Of a DNA stretch of 64,000 bases, positions 41,593-53,700 are shown one piece after another. Both the position numbers and the translations under genes were made by a program. Position 1 is the stretch's first letter; each line of letters opens with the position of its first letter. This DNA is from Eledone cirrhosa (taxonomy: Eukaryota). The notes under the pieces are model-generated. The model saw only the letters and a program-made list of their open reading frames with translations. It had not been told where the DNA came from and did no database searches. The stretch spans positions 267,158,001-267,222,000 of the forward strand of contig OZ024740.1 in the NCBI GenBank assembly GCA_964016885.1, written 5' to 3'.

Positions 41593-42707
41593 TATGTTTT
41601 CATACACCTTACTTTCTATTGTCTCTCTCTTCCATGAGAGGATAGAAATCACTAGATTTGTCGTGCTGGCAACATGAAAAAAAGCACCCAGTCCACCCCG
41701 TTAGGTGGTCGTGCTGGCAATGTGACAAAAAGCACCCAGTCCACCCTGTTAGGTGGTCATTTCAATGCCAAAATAAAAAAACACCTAATCCAAACTATAA
41801 CGTGATTGGCATTAGGAAGGGCATCCAGCTGTAGGCACCAAGCCAAAATACAAATCTGTATGAGCATGAGATGGTCTCTGAACCTGACTTGTCTCATAAC
41901 ATAACAACCTGGGGCAATATAGACATTAAATGATGCTGATGATGGCCTCTGATATCATTGTTATAAAGGTTTTATGTAAATCACTGAATCTACTAATATA
42001 GCAAACAAATCTTCCTTTAAGAAGACATTTAGTGCTGTTCCACAAACAATGCATACAATGTTATAGATTAGCAGAGAGCATCGGATTAAATGCCATTGTG
42101 GTATTTGTTCTCCTGCTAATTGGTTTTGCTTGTAAACATTTTTTAAATAATCAAAATTTGGAGAAACATAATAAATAATTAACTTTTTTATTATTAATCT
42201 GGTTTGGAATATAATAAAAGTTCCTCGCGTAAAGTTGGAAAATATTGTGAACATTTTCAAATGTGAAGTTTTGTATCATAGAATGATAAAAAGTCTCAAG
42301 CAGGTTGGTATGAAAAGGTTAGGTCAAAGGGGTGCTATCCTTAACATGTGGTCAAATACATTTAATCTTTAGTTGTTAAACATAATATTAAATCCCAATG
42401 GGGTTTTTAACTATTCTTTGAACCTGTAAAATCTTTATAGTAACCATTTGGATTTAAAATAAACTGGTACCCTTTCTGAACTAAGTCAAGCTAAGCGATG
42501 TGGACAATGAGCCCAACCGAGTAATTAAAATGATATTTGTACCACAATTCATAGGTTTTATATTTGCTGTCTTGATTTCTCGATCATTCTACTTCCATTA
42601 TGAGAAGCCTATTTTCTATAGTTTGAGGGTAATGTTAATGATTGAAAATAAATGATTTTCCATAAATGATGTCTACCATGATAATTCACATATTCCTTCA
42701 TTTTCAG

Positions 42708-42987
42708 AATATCAATTCGTGCAGGAAATAACTTCCATGATTTAGTAGAACTTGAGCAGGTAGAACTAATCGAACCAGTTGGTTGGGTTAGGATTCCTCT
42801 CAAAGACTCAAATGACAAACACATACGGACTTTTATGATTCAACTTGCAGTTCTTTCTAATCATCAGAATGGCCGAGATACTCACATACGTCGAATCAAA
42901 GTCAGATCTCCAGTTATGGACACATCAATTCATCCGGCACCAAAGTTCACAAGTTCCGAAATGATGCAGTATGCTTATTTTAAGTAA
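42708..42987 (+). CDS. ANAPC10: ANAPC10 coding exon 3 (terminal)
   Basis: ISIRAGNNFHDL..EPVGWVRIPL..RTFMIQLAVLSNHQNGRDTHIR..MMQYAYFK*; acceptor ttttCAG; 115+163+280=558 nt, 185 aa; missing from the ORF track. Confidence 0.96.
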
Positions 42988-43024
42988 TGCAATAATCAAG
43001 TAAATTTAATATTTTGACAAGAAA

Positions 43025-43054
43025 AATAAAAATGAAAAAAAAAACTGGAAATAA
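43025..43054 (+). promoter_or_regulatory. Candidate polyadenylation signals of ANAPC10
   Basis: AATAAA at 43025-43030 and 43049-43054, followed by T-rich sequence. Confidence 0.5.
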
Positions 43055-43104
43055 AGGTAGATAAAAATGAATTTATGTATTTCATAATTATATCTTATAT
43101 TCTG

Positions 43105-44395
43105 TGTCAAGGGCCACCAATCCATTAGAGATAGTCACTAAGATTCTGAAATCTTCTGAGGAAATAGGTGTCAAACTAGTCACCCAAATATTTAATGTGG
43201 TAGTACATGATAAGGTCATACCCAGTGATTGGAGTAGTAGTGTGCTCATTAATTTTTACAAGGGAAAAAGTAATGTTCTAGGAAGGAGCAACTACAGGGA
43301 CATAAAACTAATGGACCTGGTAATGAAAGTGACAGAAAGAGTTTTAGTACAACTAATTAGGGAAATAGTTAAATTAGATGTAGATGAGATGCAGTTTGGT
43401 TTTGTGCCAGAGAAGAGCACTACAGATGTCTTCATTTTAGTAAGAAAACAACACGGGAAGTCACGACCTGTCAGCTGGTAATCCTGTAGGAAACTGGGTG
43501 TAGAAGAATGGATTGTAAGAGCAGTGCAAGCCATGTACAGAGTAGCTGTCAGTAAGGTGAGAGCAGGCAACAAGTTTAGTGAAGAATTCAAAGTGCTAGT
43601 AGGTGTTTATCGGGGCTCAGTCATCAGCCCACTTCTGTTTATTATAGTCCTCCAGTCCATAACAGAGGAGTTCAAGACATGTTATCATGCTTTTTATAGC
43701 CAAATCAGTGGAAGAACTAGAGAAGAAATTCTGGCTTTGGAAACAGATCTTAGAGTCAAAAGGGCTTAGAATAGACCTGGTGAAAACCAAAGTTTTTGTA
43801 AGCAGCAAAGAAGACAGGATCCTGATTCCATCTGGAAAATAGCTCTGCTCTATATGTAGAAAAGGAGTAGGTTGTAACTATATGATGTATATAATGTAAA
43901 TCTTAGATATACAAGAGGTGGTGTGGGATAGTAGGCCAATAGCAGAAACTTTGTATGTGGCAGATGCACAGGAATAGTAGTAAGAGCATCAGTAACATAA
44001 ACGTTTTCTGATCCTAAGAAGGCTCTATAAGAATGATTGATAGCTTCTACTACCTAGGTGATCAAATTAGTTGGGGAAGAAACTGCACCTTAGCTACAGT
44101 AAGAACAGGGCAGAAAAGGTTCAGGGAGCTACTACTTCTGACAACAAAAAAGGTTTCTCTATGAAAGAAAGGCTGGCTGTATGATACCTGTGTGTGAAGT
44201 GTAATGTTGCATGGTAGTGAGACATGGGAAGTGGATGTGAAGGCTAGAGAGAAAACAAGTGAACATGCTCCATTAGATTTGCATTGTTAATCTGCATGAA
44301 TGACAAAGCATGGATGAGCTGAGAGAAAAGCTGGATATGAGAGGAATCAGATGTGTGCAAGAGAGAAGACTGCTCTGGTATGGTTATGTGACGCA
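43105..44395 (+). mobile_element. RTE LINE family 2, degenerate RT and C-terminal part
   Basis: IPSDWSSSVLINFYKGK..NYRDIKLMD..DEMQFGFVP; GSVISPLLFIIVL. Confidence 0.85.
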
Positions 44396-45049
44396 TCATC
44401 ATCATCATTTAACATCTATTTTTTTCCATATTTAGATTATATGTGGCAAGTCAGGTCAGATAAACCACGTCTTGCTTATGGATATGTATTTTGTCTTGGT
44501 TTCTAGTCAGGTCAGGTGACCCACACCTTGCTCATATGGATTTGTATTTTGGCTTGGTTGCTACAGCTGGATACCCTTCCTAACGCCAACCACATTGCAG
44601 TGTAGACTGGGTGCTTTTTATTGTAGCACCAAAACGACCATCTAACAGGGTTAATTGGGTGCTTTTTGTTGTATCACCAGCATGACTACATTAAAGGGTA
44701 AACTGGGTACTTTTTGACATGTCACCAGCATGACCACCTTACAGTGTGGACTGGGGGCTTCTGTTGTTGTTGCACCAGATCACATACTGGGTGGACTTAG
44801 TGCCTTTTGTCATAGCAATGGCATTGTGTGAGATCAGATGTAGAGTGTGTCTAGTTTTCATGCTTTTATGCAGGGGTGAGGGTTTCGAGAGGAGGACAAG
44901 TAAGTTCAACATGGACAGGGTGCATGGGATATTTAGCTGGTGAGGGTGGGGTTTTAAGACTGGGGAGGAGTGAAGAGAAGATTGGTGCAGATTAGTGTGT
45001 CCTATACATGTTTGTTTCATTCTATGCACATGGGAAGGCGGGTCTTCTG

Positions 45050-45375
45050 CAGTACAGTATAACGCCAGAGCTTTCGATCCTGTGTCATATCCTTTGTGAA
45101 GTTTAATTGAGCAAGGTCAGCTTTTATCATGTCATCCCCAGCTTTCCTAGGTCTTGCTCTTCCATAGTTTCCATTGACTTTGGAGAACCCTGCACCTTTT
45201 TATACAGCTGTCATCCTCCATATGCATCACATGTCCATACCACTGCAATCTCCTCGTCTATACACTGCATATGCTCCCTTTAATGCTTAGTTTTTCGCTC
45301 AGATCATTGACATCTCGCTGTTCACGCACGCTATTATTACACATCCATTGGAGCCTATAAGCTTCATTTCTTTCA
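45050..45375 (-). mobile_element. RTE family 2 3' fragment
   Basis: Minus strand encodes RRLQWYGHVMHMEDDSCIK..GRARPRKAG. Confidence 0.65.
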
Positions 45376-45488
45376 AAATAAATACATAAAAATACGAAAT
45401 ATTTCATGCACAGTGAAAAGATATATAGCTATTTCAAGGGAGGTAACTTTAGAAAATAGTTTAGTCCATCTGCAGTTGTTTATCATAA

Positions 45489-46139
45489 ACTAGCTGAGGT
45501 ACCCAGCTTTGCCCAGGAGAATAGTTAAGAGAAGATGGATAAAAGAGAAAACGACTGTATTGGATGTCTGGTATGAGGCGCGACCGTAATGTGTGTGTGT
45601 GTGAGAGAGACATAAAGAAAACAATCATAAAACTTCCTTATTAGGCTGGGGGAGTAAACTGCCAATTAAATGGTAGCATTGGCCTTGGATTTTAAATGTG
45701 AAATAACCATAGTCAGTATGATCTTTTTCAGCTCAAAAGGACGTCATCTGAAACACAGCAATATACTGCATAACATTGCTTCTGAAGTGTTGCTTTGTTA
45801 GTACGGACTGTAAGTAGTATATGAATAAAAACTGGAGGGTAGATTAATTTCAAATAGTATCAATTTTTCTTTGTTCTGTAAAATCAAAGATTGTAAAACG
45901 ACTTTATAAAAGCTAACGCAATATTGTTAAACCTTCTTATAGATCAAAGATCTATAGTTTAAACCGATTCTTTTGTGGGACGTCACTCGCTCTCTCTCTC
46001 TGAATATCTAACATTTTAGTTGTATCTCTCTCTGTATAATGGTCTATTTCTCTCTTTCTGTCTCTCTCTCTTTAGCTGTGTGTGTAGTTTTCATGTGATC
46101 CAACCAACCAACCAATAAACATCTCTTAAATATATAGAT
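45489..46139. mobile_element. Non-autonomous Helitron-type element with a Rep/helicase-gene scrap; second partial copy at 46598-46885
   Basis: Start ACTAGCTGAGGTACCC..CTTTGCCC, end (CCAA)n..TATATAGAT; minus strand FQMTSFE..FKIQGQCYHLI(S/G)SL, resembling the Helitron FQMTSFG..F.IQGQ.YH.IGSLLP motif. Confidence 0.65.
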
Positions 46140-47014
46140 ATTAAGCAAAAGCTTTTCTTAATACGAATGGTGTTCTTTCGTTTTAAGTTGATAGCAATTG
46201 CCATATATATCAAAATGAGAACGAACGGTACATGATTGATCTGTATGTATATAAGATTCCGAGTGATTTATTAGTAAAAGAAAAGGAAATATCACAGCAT
46301 TTGTATATTAAATTCAGAATGATTTATTAATAAAAAAGTGTTTAAAATTAAATTGTTTGATAATCATAATGACTGAAGAAAATTATTGCAATTGATTTAA
46401 ATAGATGTAAAATGAAATCACTGGTTGAAGATTACTGTTTACTTAAAATGAAAGAATGCTAAGTGAATTACTGCTTTTTTAATGACAAAAAAAAAATATT
46501 ATTGTGTGTCCAAGAAATATAAGATTTAACCTGCCATTAAACACCAACTGACTAACTTTCAAAACAGAAACAGAGAATTTTTTGCTGTTTATTAATGACT
46601 AGCTGAGGTACCTGGCTTTGCCCCGGAGAACAGATAAAAGAGAAAACGACTGTATTGGATGTGTTGTCTGGTATGAGGTGAGACCATAATGTGTGTGTGT
46701 GAGAGAGACATAAAAAAAAACAACCATAAAACTTCCTTATTAGGCTGGGGATGGGGGGGAAGGGTAAACTGCTGATTAAATGGTAGCATTGGCCTTGGAT
46801 TTTAAATCTGAAATAATCATAGTCAGTATGATTTTTTTCAGCTTCAAAGGATGTCATCTGAAACAGCAATATACCGCATAACATTTAAAAAACTTTTTTA
46901 AAAACTTTTTTCAAATATCCTTAAGTGTTAAAGCAAAAAAAAAAGACATTTTTGTTTTAATTCTTCACTTTTGTTTACAATCTTTTTAGTGCATGATTTA
47001 AAAAGTGTTACATG

Positions 47015-47920
47015 ACATGGAATATAAGAGCAGGATTAGATTTCTCCTATTGAGCAAGAAATCATCAGAAGAAATAATTGAGGTAATTCAACATTTATAC
47101 AAAGATGAAACCACATCCCTTGCAACAATTTACTGTTAGAGCTGGAAGTACATCTATTTTTGACAATAAAAATTCAGATAGTCTAATTGAAATTGGAGAA
47201 GAGGCCACATAAAATTGTGAGAAAATCATCCTTTCTGAGGGAAAAATTACCATCTGAGAGTTTTTTTTTTTTACTTGACATCAGAATTGGACAAGTTCAT
47301 AACATTCTGAGGCATTGTGGCATTTGAAAGCTGTGTTCAATATTTGCACCAAAGTTTTTGACATGTGAAATGTATGAGAGCCATCAATGGGCCTGTGAAA
47401 GCAACCTCAACATTTTGAATGAATCGTTCATGGTTCAACATTTATTGAAAATATTGTCAGCATTGATGAAACTTCTGAATCAAAATAAGACTCCAAAGAA
47501 TGGAAATGTTCAAGACAATTGAAAAATGGAACAAGTCATCAACATACAATGATATTCAAAGTTTTCTGGGATAACCAGGGTGTTGTGACAATTGATTTTG
47601 CTTATAGAGGTATCTCACTAAATTTTGATTATTACTGCTACCTAATTGAAAAAATACAGAAAATCAAGGAGGAAGAAGAGAAATGTTCTAATTTTATCTC
47701 TGCAAGACAACTCACTAATTCACAGAAGTCCTCAAACAATACAGCAAATTCTTGATGTTGGCTTGGTGTTGATCTAACATCCTCCATGCAGCCCTGATTT
47801 GAATCCCAGTGACTATTATTTCTTTAGACATCTGGAGATATATTTCTGACAAGTATGATCTTAAATCAGAAATTATTGATTTCCTTAACAAACAGGGGCC
47901 CGATTTCTTCAAAAGTGCAT
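47015..47920 (+). pseudogene. mariner transposase relic
   Basis: IVSIDETS, VFWDNQGVVTIDF, LQDN and HPPCSPDLNPSDY motifs in the correct order, with many stops. Confidence 0.8.
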
Positions 47921-48199
47921 ATATATATATAGAGAGAGAGAGAGTAAGAAGAATCGAAGTCAGTGTTGCAGTATATGTACAAAATTTATTGGCATATTAC
48001 AATTGTTTCACTATCAATCAGTGCACCATCTGTAACTGATCTATATATAATTATCTTCAACACATTTTTGTTGCTATCATTGGTTTCCAATCCCATATGT
48101 GATTTAGATTGTGCAATTGCACTCCCTCATATGTGATTTTCCTTCACGCAACTATAAAACAAAAATGGCTGACGTTATTCACACAAGATCTTGTCTTAA

Positions 48200-49265
48200 T
48201 TGTCAGGGTCAGAGTCAGGCTTAGGGTGTTTAATAAAAAAAAACGAGATGTCGTACACAGGTGAAAGTATAAGTAAAAGAAATCGAAAGTGCATCTAGAG
48301 TCTTTTTAAGAATATTTATTTATTTCCTTTACTGGTTTCGCATATGCGAGACAAACCACAAACCCTTCATCATAATTCTACTTTTGAAAAGCATAAAAAT
48401 TGTGAAACTGGTAAATGAAATAAATAAATATTCTTGAAAAGTCTCCTGTTGCATTTTCAATTTCTTTTCCTTATATATATATTTATATACCTTTATATAT
48501 ATATAGAAGCTTTTACCATATTTTGTGACTAAAGAAAATTAGCCTGATAGTGGGGTTTAGAGGGGTCCAAACCTCACTATCAGGCTAAAATTTCTTCAGT
48601 CAAAAAATATAGTAAAAGTTTCTATTTCTAACCCTAACCTAAACCTAAACCCTAACCCTAACCTTCACCCTCGCCTAGCGCTAACCTTAACCCTAACCCC
48701 TACCCGTAACCCTTACTCTAACGCTAACCCTAACCGGTAAAGGAAATAAATAATTATTCTTAAAAAGACTCCAGACTTCGATTTCATTTACTTATACTTC
48801 CACCCGTGTACAACATTAGGTTAGGGTTGGGTTGGGGTTAGGACTGGGCTGGGTTAGGGATAGGGTTTTTAATATAAAAATGAGATGTCATACATGGGTG
48901 AAGTATAAGTAAAAGAAATTGAAAATTCAACTGGTGTCTTTTTAAGAATATTTATTTATTTCCTTTACCAGTTTCACAGATGCGAGACAAACCACAAACC
49001 CTCCATCTCAATTCTACTTTTGAAAAGCATAAGAACTGTGAAACTGGTAAAGGAAATAAATAAATATTCTTGAAAAGATTCCTGTTGCATTTTCGATTTC
49101 TCTTCCTTATATATATTTATATATCTTTATATATATATAGAAGCTTTCACCATATTTTGTGACTAAAGAAAATTAGCCTGATAGTGGGGTTTAGAGGGGT
49201 CCAAACCTCACTATCAGGCTAAAATTTCTTTAGAAAAAAAAATATGGCGTAAGTTTCTATTTCTA
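48200..49265. repeat. Composite tandem/inverted repeat: pLTR-like arms with hammerhead remnants, 110-bp hairpins and degenerate telomere-like tracts
   Basis: 48240-48628 is repeated at 48875-49265; GAAAC(C/T)GGTAAAGGAAA motifs; (CCCTAA)-like tract at 48628-48735 and (TTAGGG)-like tract at 48816-48866; third partial copy at 50590-50720. Confidence 0.75.
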
Positions 49266-49493
49266 ATTTCAAACTTGCTCGCTGTTTCAAAACATACATA
49301 CTTGTATATATATATATATATATATATAGACACGGTTAAAGAGTAAACCAATATTAAAGAGAGAGATGGAGAAGAGAGATTGGTGAATTTGTTAGAAGCC
49401 AAAAGCGTAAAGGTATATGCTCAATGTGCAACATGCAGTGGAAGGCAGCTAGATGGCTGGGTTCATGCAGAGATTAGGTGCACAGAGCTGGAA

Positions 49494-50571
49494 ATATTCA
49501 TTAGTTAAGCAAAACAAGACCACAAATTTCACAAGGAAGACGTTATTTAAAGAGTGTCAACATAGTTGCAGTTTAATGTAAGGAATAAGGAGTGTAATTA
49601 TAGTTTAATGTAAGGAATAATAATAATAATTGTTTCTACTTTTGGCACAAGGCCAGCAATTACCCAGTACATTACTGGTACTTTATGTTATTGACTCCGT
49701 AACGATGAAAGGCAAAGTTAACCTCGGCGGGATTTGAACTCAGAATGGCAAGGGCCATCACTCTATGCATCAAAGGAATAATAATAATAATAATTGTTTC
49801 TACTTTAGGCACAAGGCCAGCAATTACCCAGTGCATTACTGGTACTTTATTTTATCGACCCCGTAAGGATGAAGGGCAAAGTCAACCTCGGCAGGATTTG
49901 AACTCGGATCGTAAAGGGACGTAACTATGCTGGAAAGCATGGCGTCCGACTCTCTACCGATACTGCCAATCCTAATGTCCGTTTACAATTGTTTCGCTAC
50001 TCCATAGAATGTTTCTGGATCAAATGATTATAGATCATTATTGATCTGGTTCAGATATAATGATCTATAATCATTTGATCCAGAAACATTATATGGAGTA
50101 GTGAAACAAGCGAAACAATTGTAAATGGACATTATTATGATTATTATTTCTGAGTTCAAATCCCACCGAGGTTGACTTTGCCTTTCATCCTTACGGGGTC
50201 GATAAAATAAAGTACCAGTAATGAACTGGGTAATTGCTGGCCTTGTGCCTAAAGTAGAAACAATTATTATTATTATTGGTGGATTGGCTGTATCGGTAGA
50301 GGGTCAGACAACATGCTTTGTAGCACAGAGTTACGCCCCTTTCTGATCTGAGTTCAAATCCTGCCGAGGTTAACTTTGCGTTTCATCCTTACGGGGTCGA
50401 TAAAATAAAGTACCAGTAATGTACTGAGTAATTGCTGGCCTTGTGCCAAAAGTAGAAACAATTATTATTATTATTATTATTCCTTACATTAAACTGCAAC
50501 TATGTTGACACTCTTTAAATAACGTCTTCCTTGTGAAATTTGTGGTCTTGTTTTGCTTAACTAAAGAATAT
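49494..50571. repeat. 1.08-kb nested fold-back: unique outer arms, two SINEs per arm, central hairpin with half-hammerhead
   Basis: 49494-49588 is complementary to 50477-50571; minus SINEs at 49625-49972, plus SINEs at 50149-50470; hairpin 49973-50134 contains GAAAC AATT GTA. Confidence 0.85.
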
Positions 50572-50721
50572 ATATATATTTATACACACACACAAACCCT
50601 CCATCTCAATTCTACTTTTGAAAAGCATAAGAACTATGAAACCGGTAAAGGAACCAAATAAATATTCTTAAAAAGACTCCAGTTGCATTTTTGATTTCAT
50701 CTTTTTTCCTTATATATATAC

Positions 50722-53700
50722 ATAGAGGGACCAGCTATTGAGATTGACGAATATAGGGTACAAGAGGCAATTAAGGAAATAAAGAATGGTAAGGCTGCTG
50801 GACCATCAAGGATAGTTGCTGAGATGCTGAAGGCAAGGACTCCTCCTCTTTGTTTCGGCCGCGGATAGCTAACATAACGCCATCTCCCCCATCCCCCCAC
50901 CGCTCCCACCCTCCAAAACTTCAAAGTTGGTACCTTTAAGATGTACCAAAGTTGGTACATCTTAAAGGGTCGCTCTAACGAGGTTGTAGAAATGCTTGAA
51001 CGTAAGGAGGTCGATGTTTGTTGTATTCAAGAGACCAGGTGGAGGGGTAGGTCTGCTAGATTAATTGTGGGTAAAGAACGATGCTATAAGCTTTTCTGGG
51101 TGGGAAATGACAATGGGCTGGGTGGAGTAGGAATCATGGTAGCAGAAAAGTGGGCAGATAAGATAATAGATGTAAATAGAGTGAACGACAGAATAATTAA
51201 AATAAGACTTGTCCTCAATAGAACTACTGTGACAGTAATATCTGCGTACGCACCCCAATCCGGACTGCCCGGCACTATAAAAGACAGATTCTATGAGACA
51301 CTGATGCTCACTACCTCCCAAATAACCGACAGTGACTATATAATTATTGCTGGTGACCTAAATGGTCACGTTGGACAACATTGTGATGGCTATGACGGAA
51401 TCCATGGAGGCTATGGGTTTGGTACTAGAACTGAGGAAGGCTCCAGAATCCTGGAATTCTGTGACGCAAAAAACCTAACTATCTGTAACACTAACTTCAA
51501 AAAACGAGACAATCACTTGATCACCTATAGATCGGGGGAACACACAAGCCAGGTAGATTATATCCTTACCAGGAGACGCGACAGAGTGTCTGTTGTAAAC
51601 ACTAAATCCCTCCCCATGAAGAATGCACCTCTCAACATAGACTCATAATTAGCGACCTCATAGTCATGACGAGATGTACTCGACAACAGAAGAGGACTAT
51701 CCTCAGGAGAAAAATATGGAAGTTAAAGGACCCCACAGCCAGTAATAAATTTAAAAGCATATTACTTGATGCTTTTGATAGTAAGGAAGAGCAATTAGAG
51801 TCGTACAATATAGAGGAACAGTGGGGATTCCTGAAAGCTAACCTTCTGAAGGCGACAGATGAAACCTGTTGCTGGAGCAGACCTATAGGCAGGAGGAGAG
51901 TAACTTGGTGGTGGAACAGTAAGGTGGAGAGGTCAATCAAGGCCAAAAAGCAGGCTTGGAAAGCATGGGGGAAGTAGAGAAGACTATCAAGTGGCCAGGA
52001 GGGAAGCTAGGAGACAAGTGTATTTCGCAAGAAGGGAAGCAGAGGAAAGAAAGTTCAAGCATGTTCTACAATGCGAGGACCAAAAACGTGAGGTGTTCAG
52101 GATTGCTAGGCAATGTGTCAAGGAAAACAGTGATATTGTCGGGGAGAAGTGTGTCCTTAATGATGATGGTGTACTTGCCATCACTGACGCTGATAAGAAG
52201 GTAGCTTGGAAGTGTCACTACGAAAGGCTACTAAATGAGGAGAATAATTGGGAGAAAGACAGTCTCCTCCACATCGACCCAATAGAGGGACCAGCAGTGC
52301 AAGTTGAAGGTAGTATAATAAGTAAGGCGATCAAAGACATGAAGACGGGCAAGGCGGCCGGGCCTTCGGAAATAGTTGCCGAAATGCTGAAAGCATCTGG
52401 AACGATAGTAAACCAAGTCATACAGAATGGGGTCGTTCCGAAGGACTGGCGCAGCAGCATCATCATTAACTGCTACAAGGGTAAAGGTGATGCCCTAGAT
52501 AGGGGAAACTATAGAGGCATTAAATTAATTGACCAGGTCATGAAGGTCACAGAAAAAGTAATAGCGCAACTAATCAGAGAGCGAATTGATCTAGACGAAA
52601 TGCAGTTCGGGTATGTGTCAGGTAAAAGTACAATAGACGCTCTTTTCATTGTACGACAACTACAGGAGAAGTACCTAGCTAAAAGTAAACCCCTATACTT
52701 AGCTTTTGTTGACTTGGAGAAAGCCTTTGACAGAGTACCCCGCTCGATTATCTGGTGGGCCCTTAGAAAACTAGGTGTTGATGAATGGCTTGTGAGAGCT
52801 ATACAAGCCATGTATAAAGAAACAGTCAGCAAGGTTAGAATTAACAACGAATATAGTGAAGAGTTTAGCGTAAAAGTTGGTGTTCATCAGGGCTCTATCC
52901 TTAGCCCCCTACTATTTATTATTGCCCTTCAGGCTATAACAGAGGAGTTCAAGTCCGGCTGCCCATGGGAACTCCTATATGCAGATGATCTAACGCTCAT
53001 AGCTGAATCAATGGCTGAACTAGAGAAGAAATTCCAAACATGGAAGCATGGCCTAGAATCAAAAGGCCTTAAAGTTAACTTGTCTAAGACTAAAGTTCTA
53101 GTTTGTAGGAAGGAAAATAGGGCACCGGTCCCATCTGGGAAATGGAAATGCTCAGTGTGTAGGAAAGGAGTAGGCAGAAACTCCATTTTATGTCCCAAAT
53201 GCAAAGTATGGGTACATAAAAGATGTAGTGGGATCACAGGTAAGCTAACTAAGAATATAGATTTTATATGTGGCCGGTGCTCTGGTGCAATAAGTAGCAG
53301 CAAGTGCCCACAGAATACTAACTCATTCCATTGCACAGATGGTTCTATAGAAATAGTGGACAGCTTCCGTTACCTGGGTGACAAAATCAGCAGTGGGGGA
53401 TGGTGCTCTGAAAGTACAGTAGCTAGAGTCAGAAGGGGATGGAAAACTTCAGAGAGCTTATACCACTATTGGCCGCTAAAGGGTTCTCTCTAAAAATGAA
53501 AGGCAGGCTGCATGATGCCTGCATACGAACAGCAATGTTATATGGCAGTGAGACCTGGGCATTGCGTGTAGAGGATATATGCAGACTGGAGAGAAATGAA
53601 GCTTGCATGCTCGGCTGGATGTGTAATAGTAATATACGCGAACGGCAAAGCATAAACGAACTAAGGGAGAAATTAGGAATAAGAGGGATCAGATGTTGTT

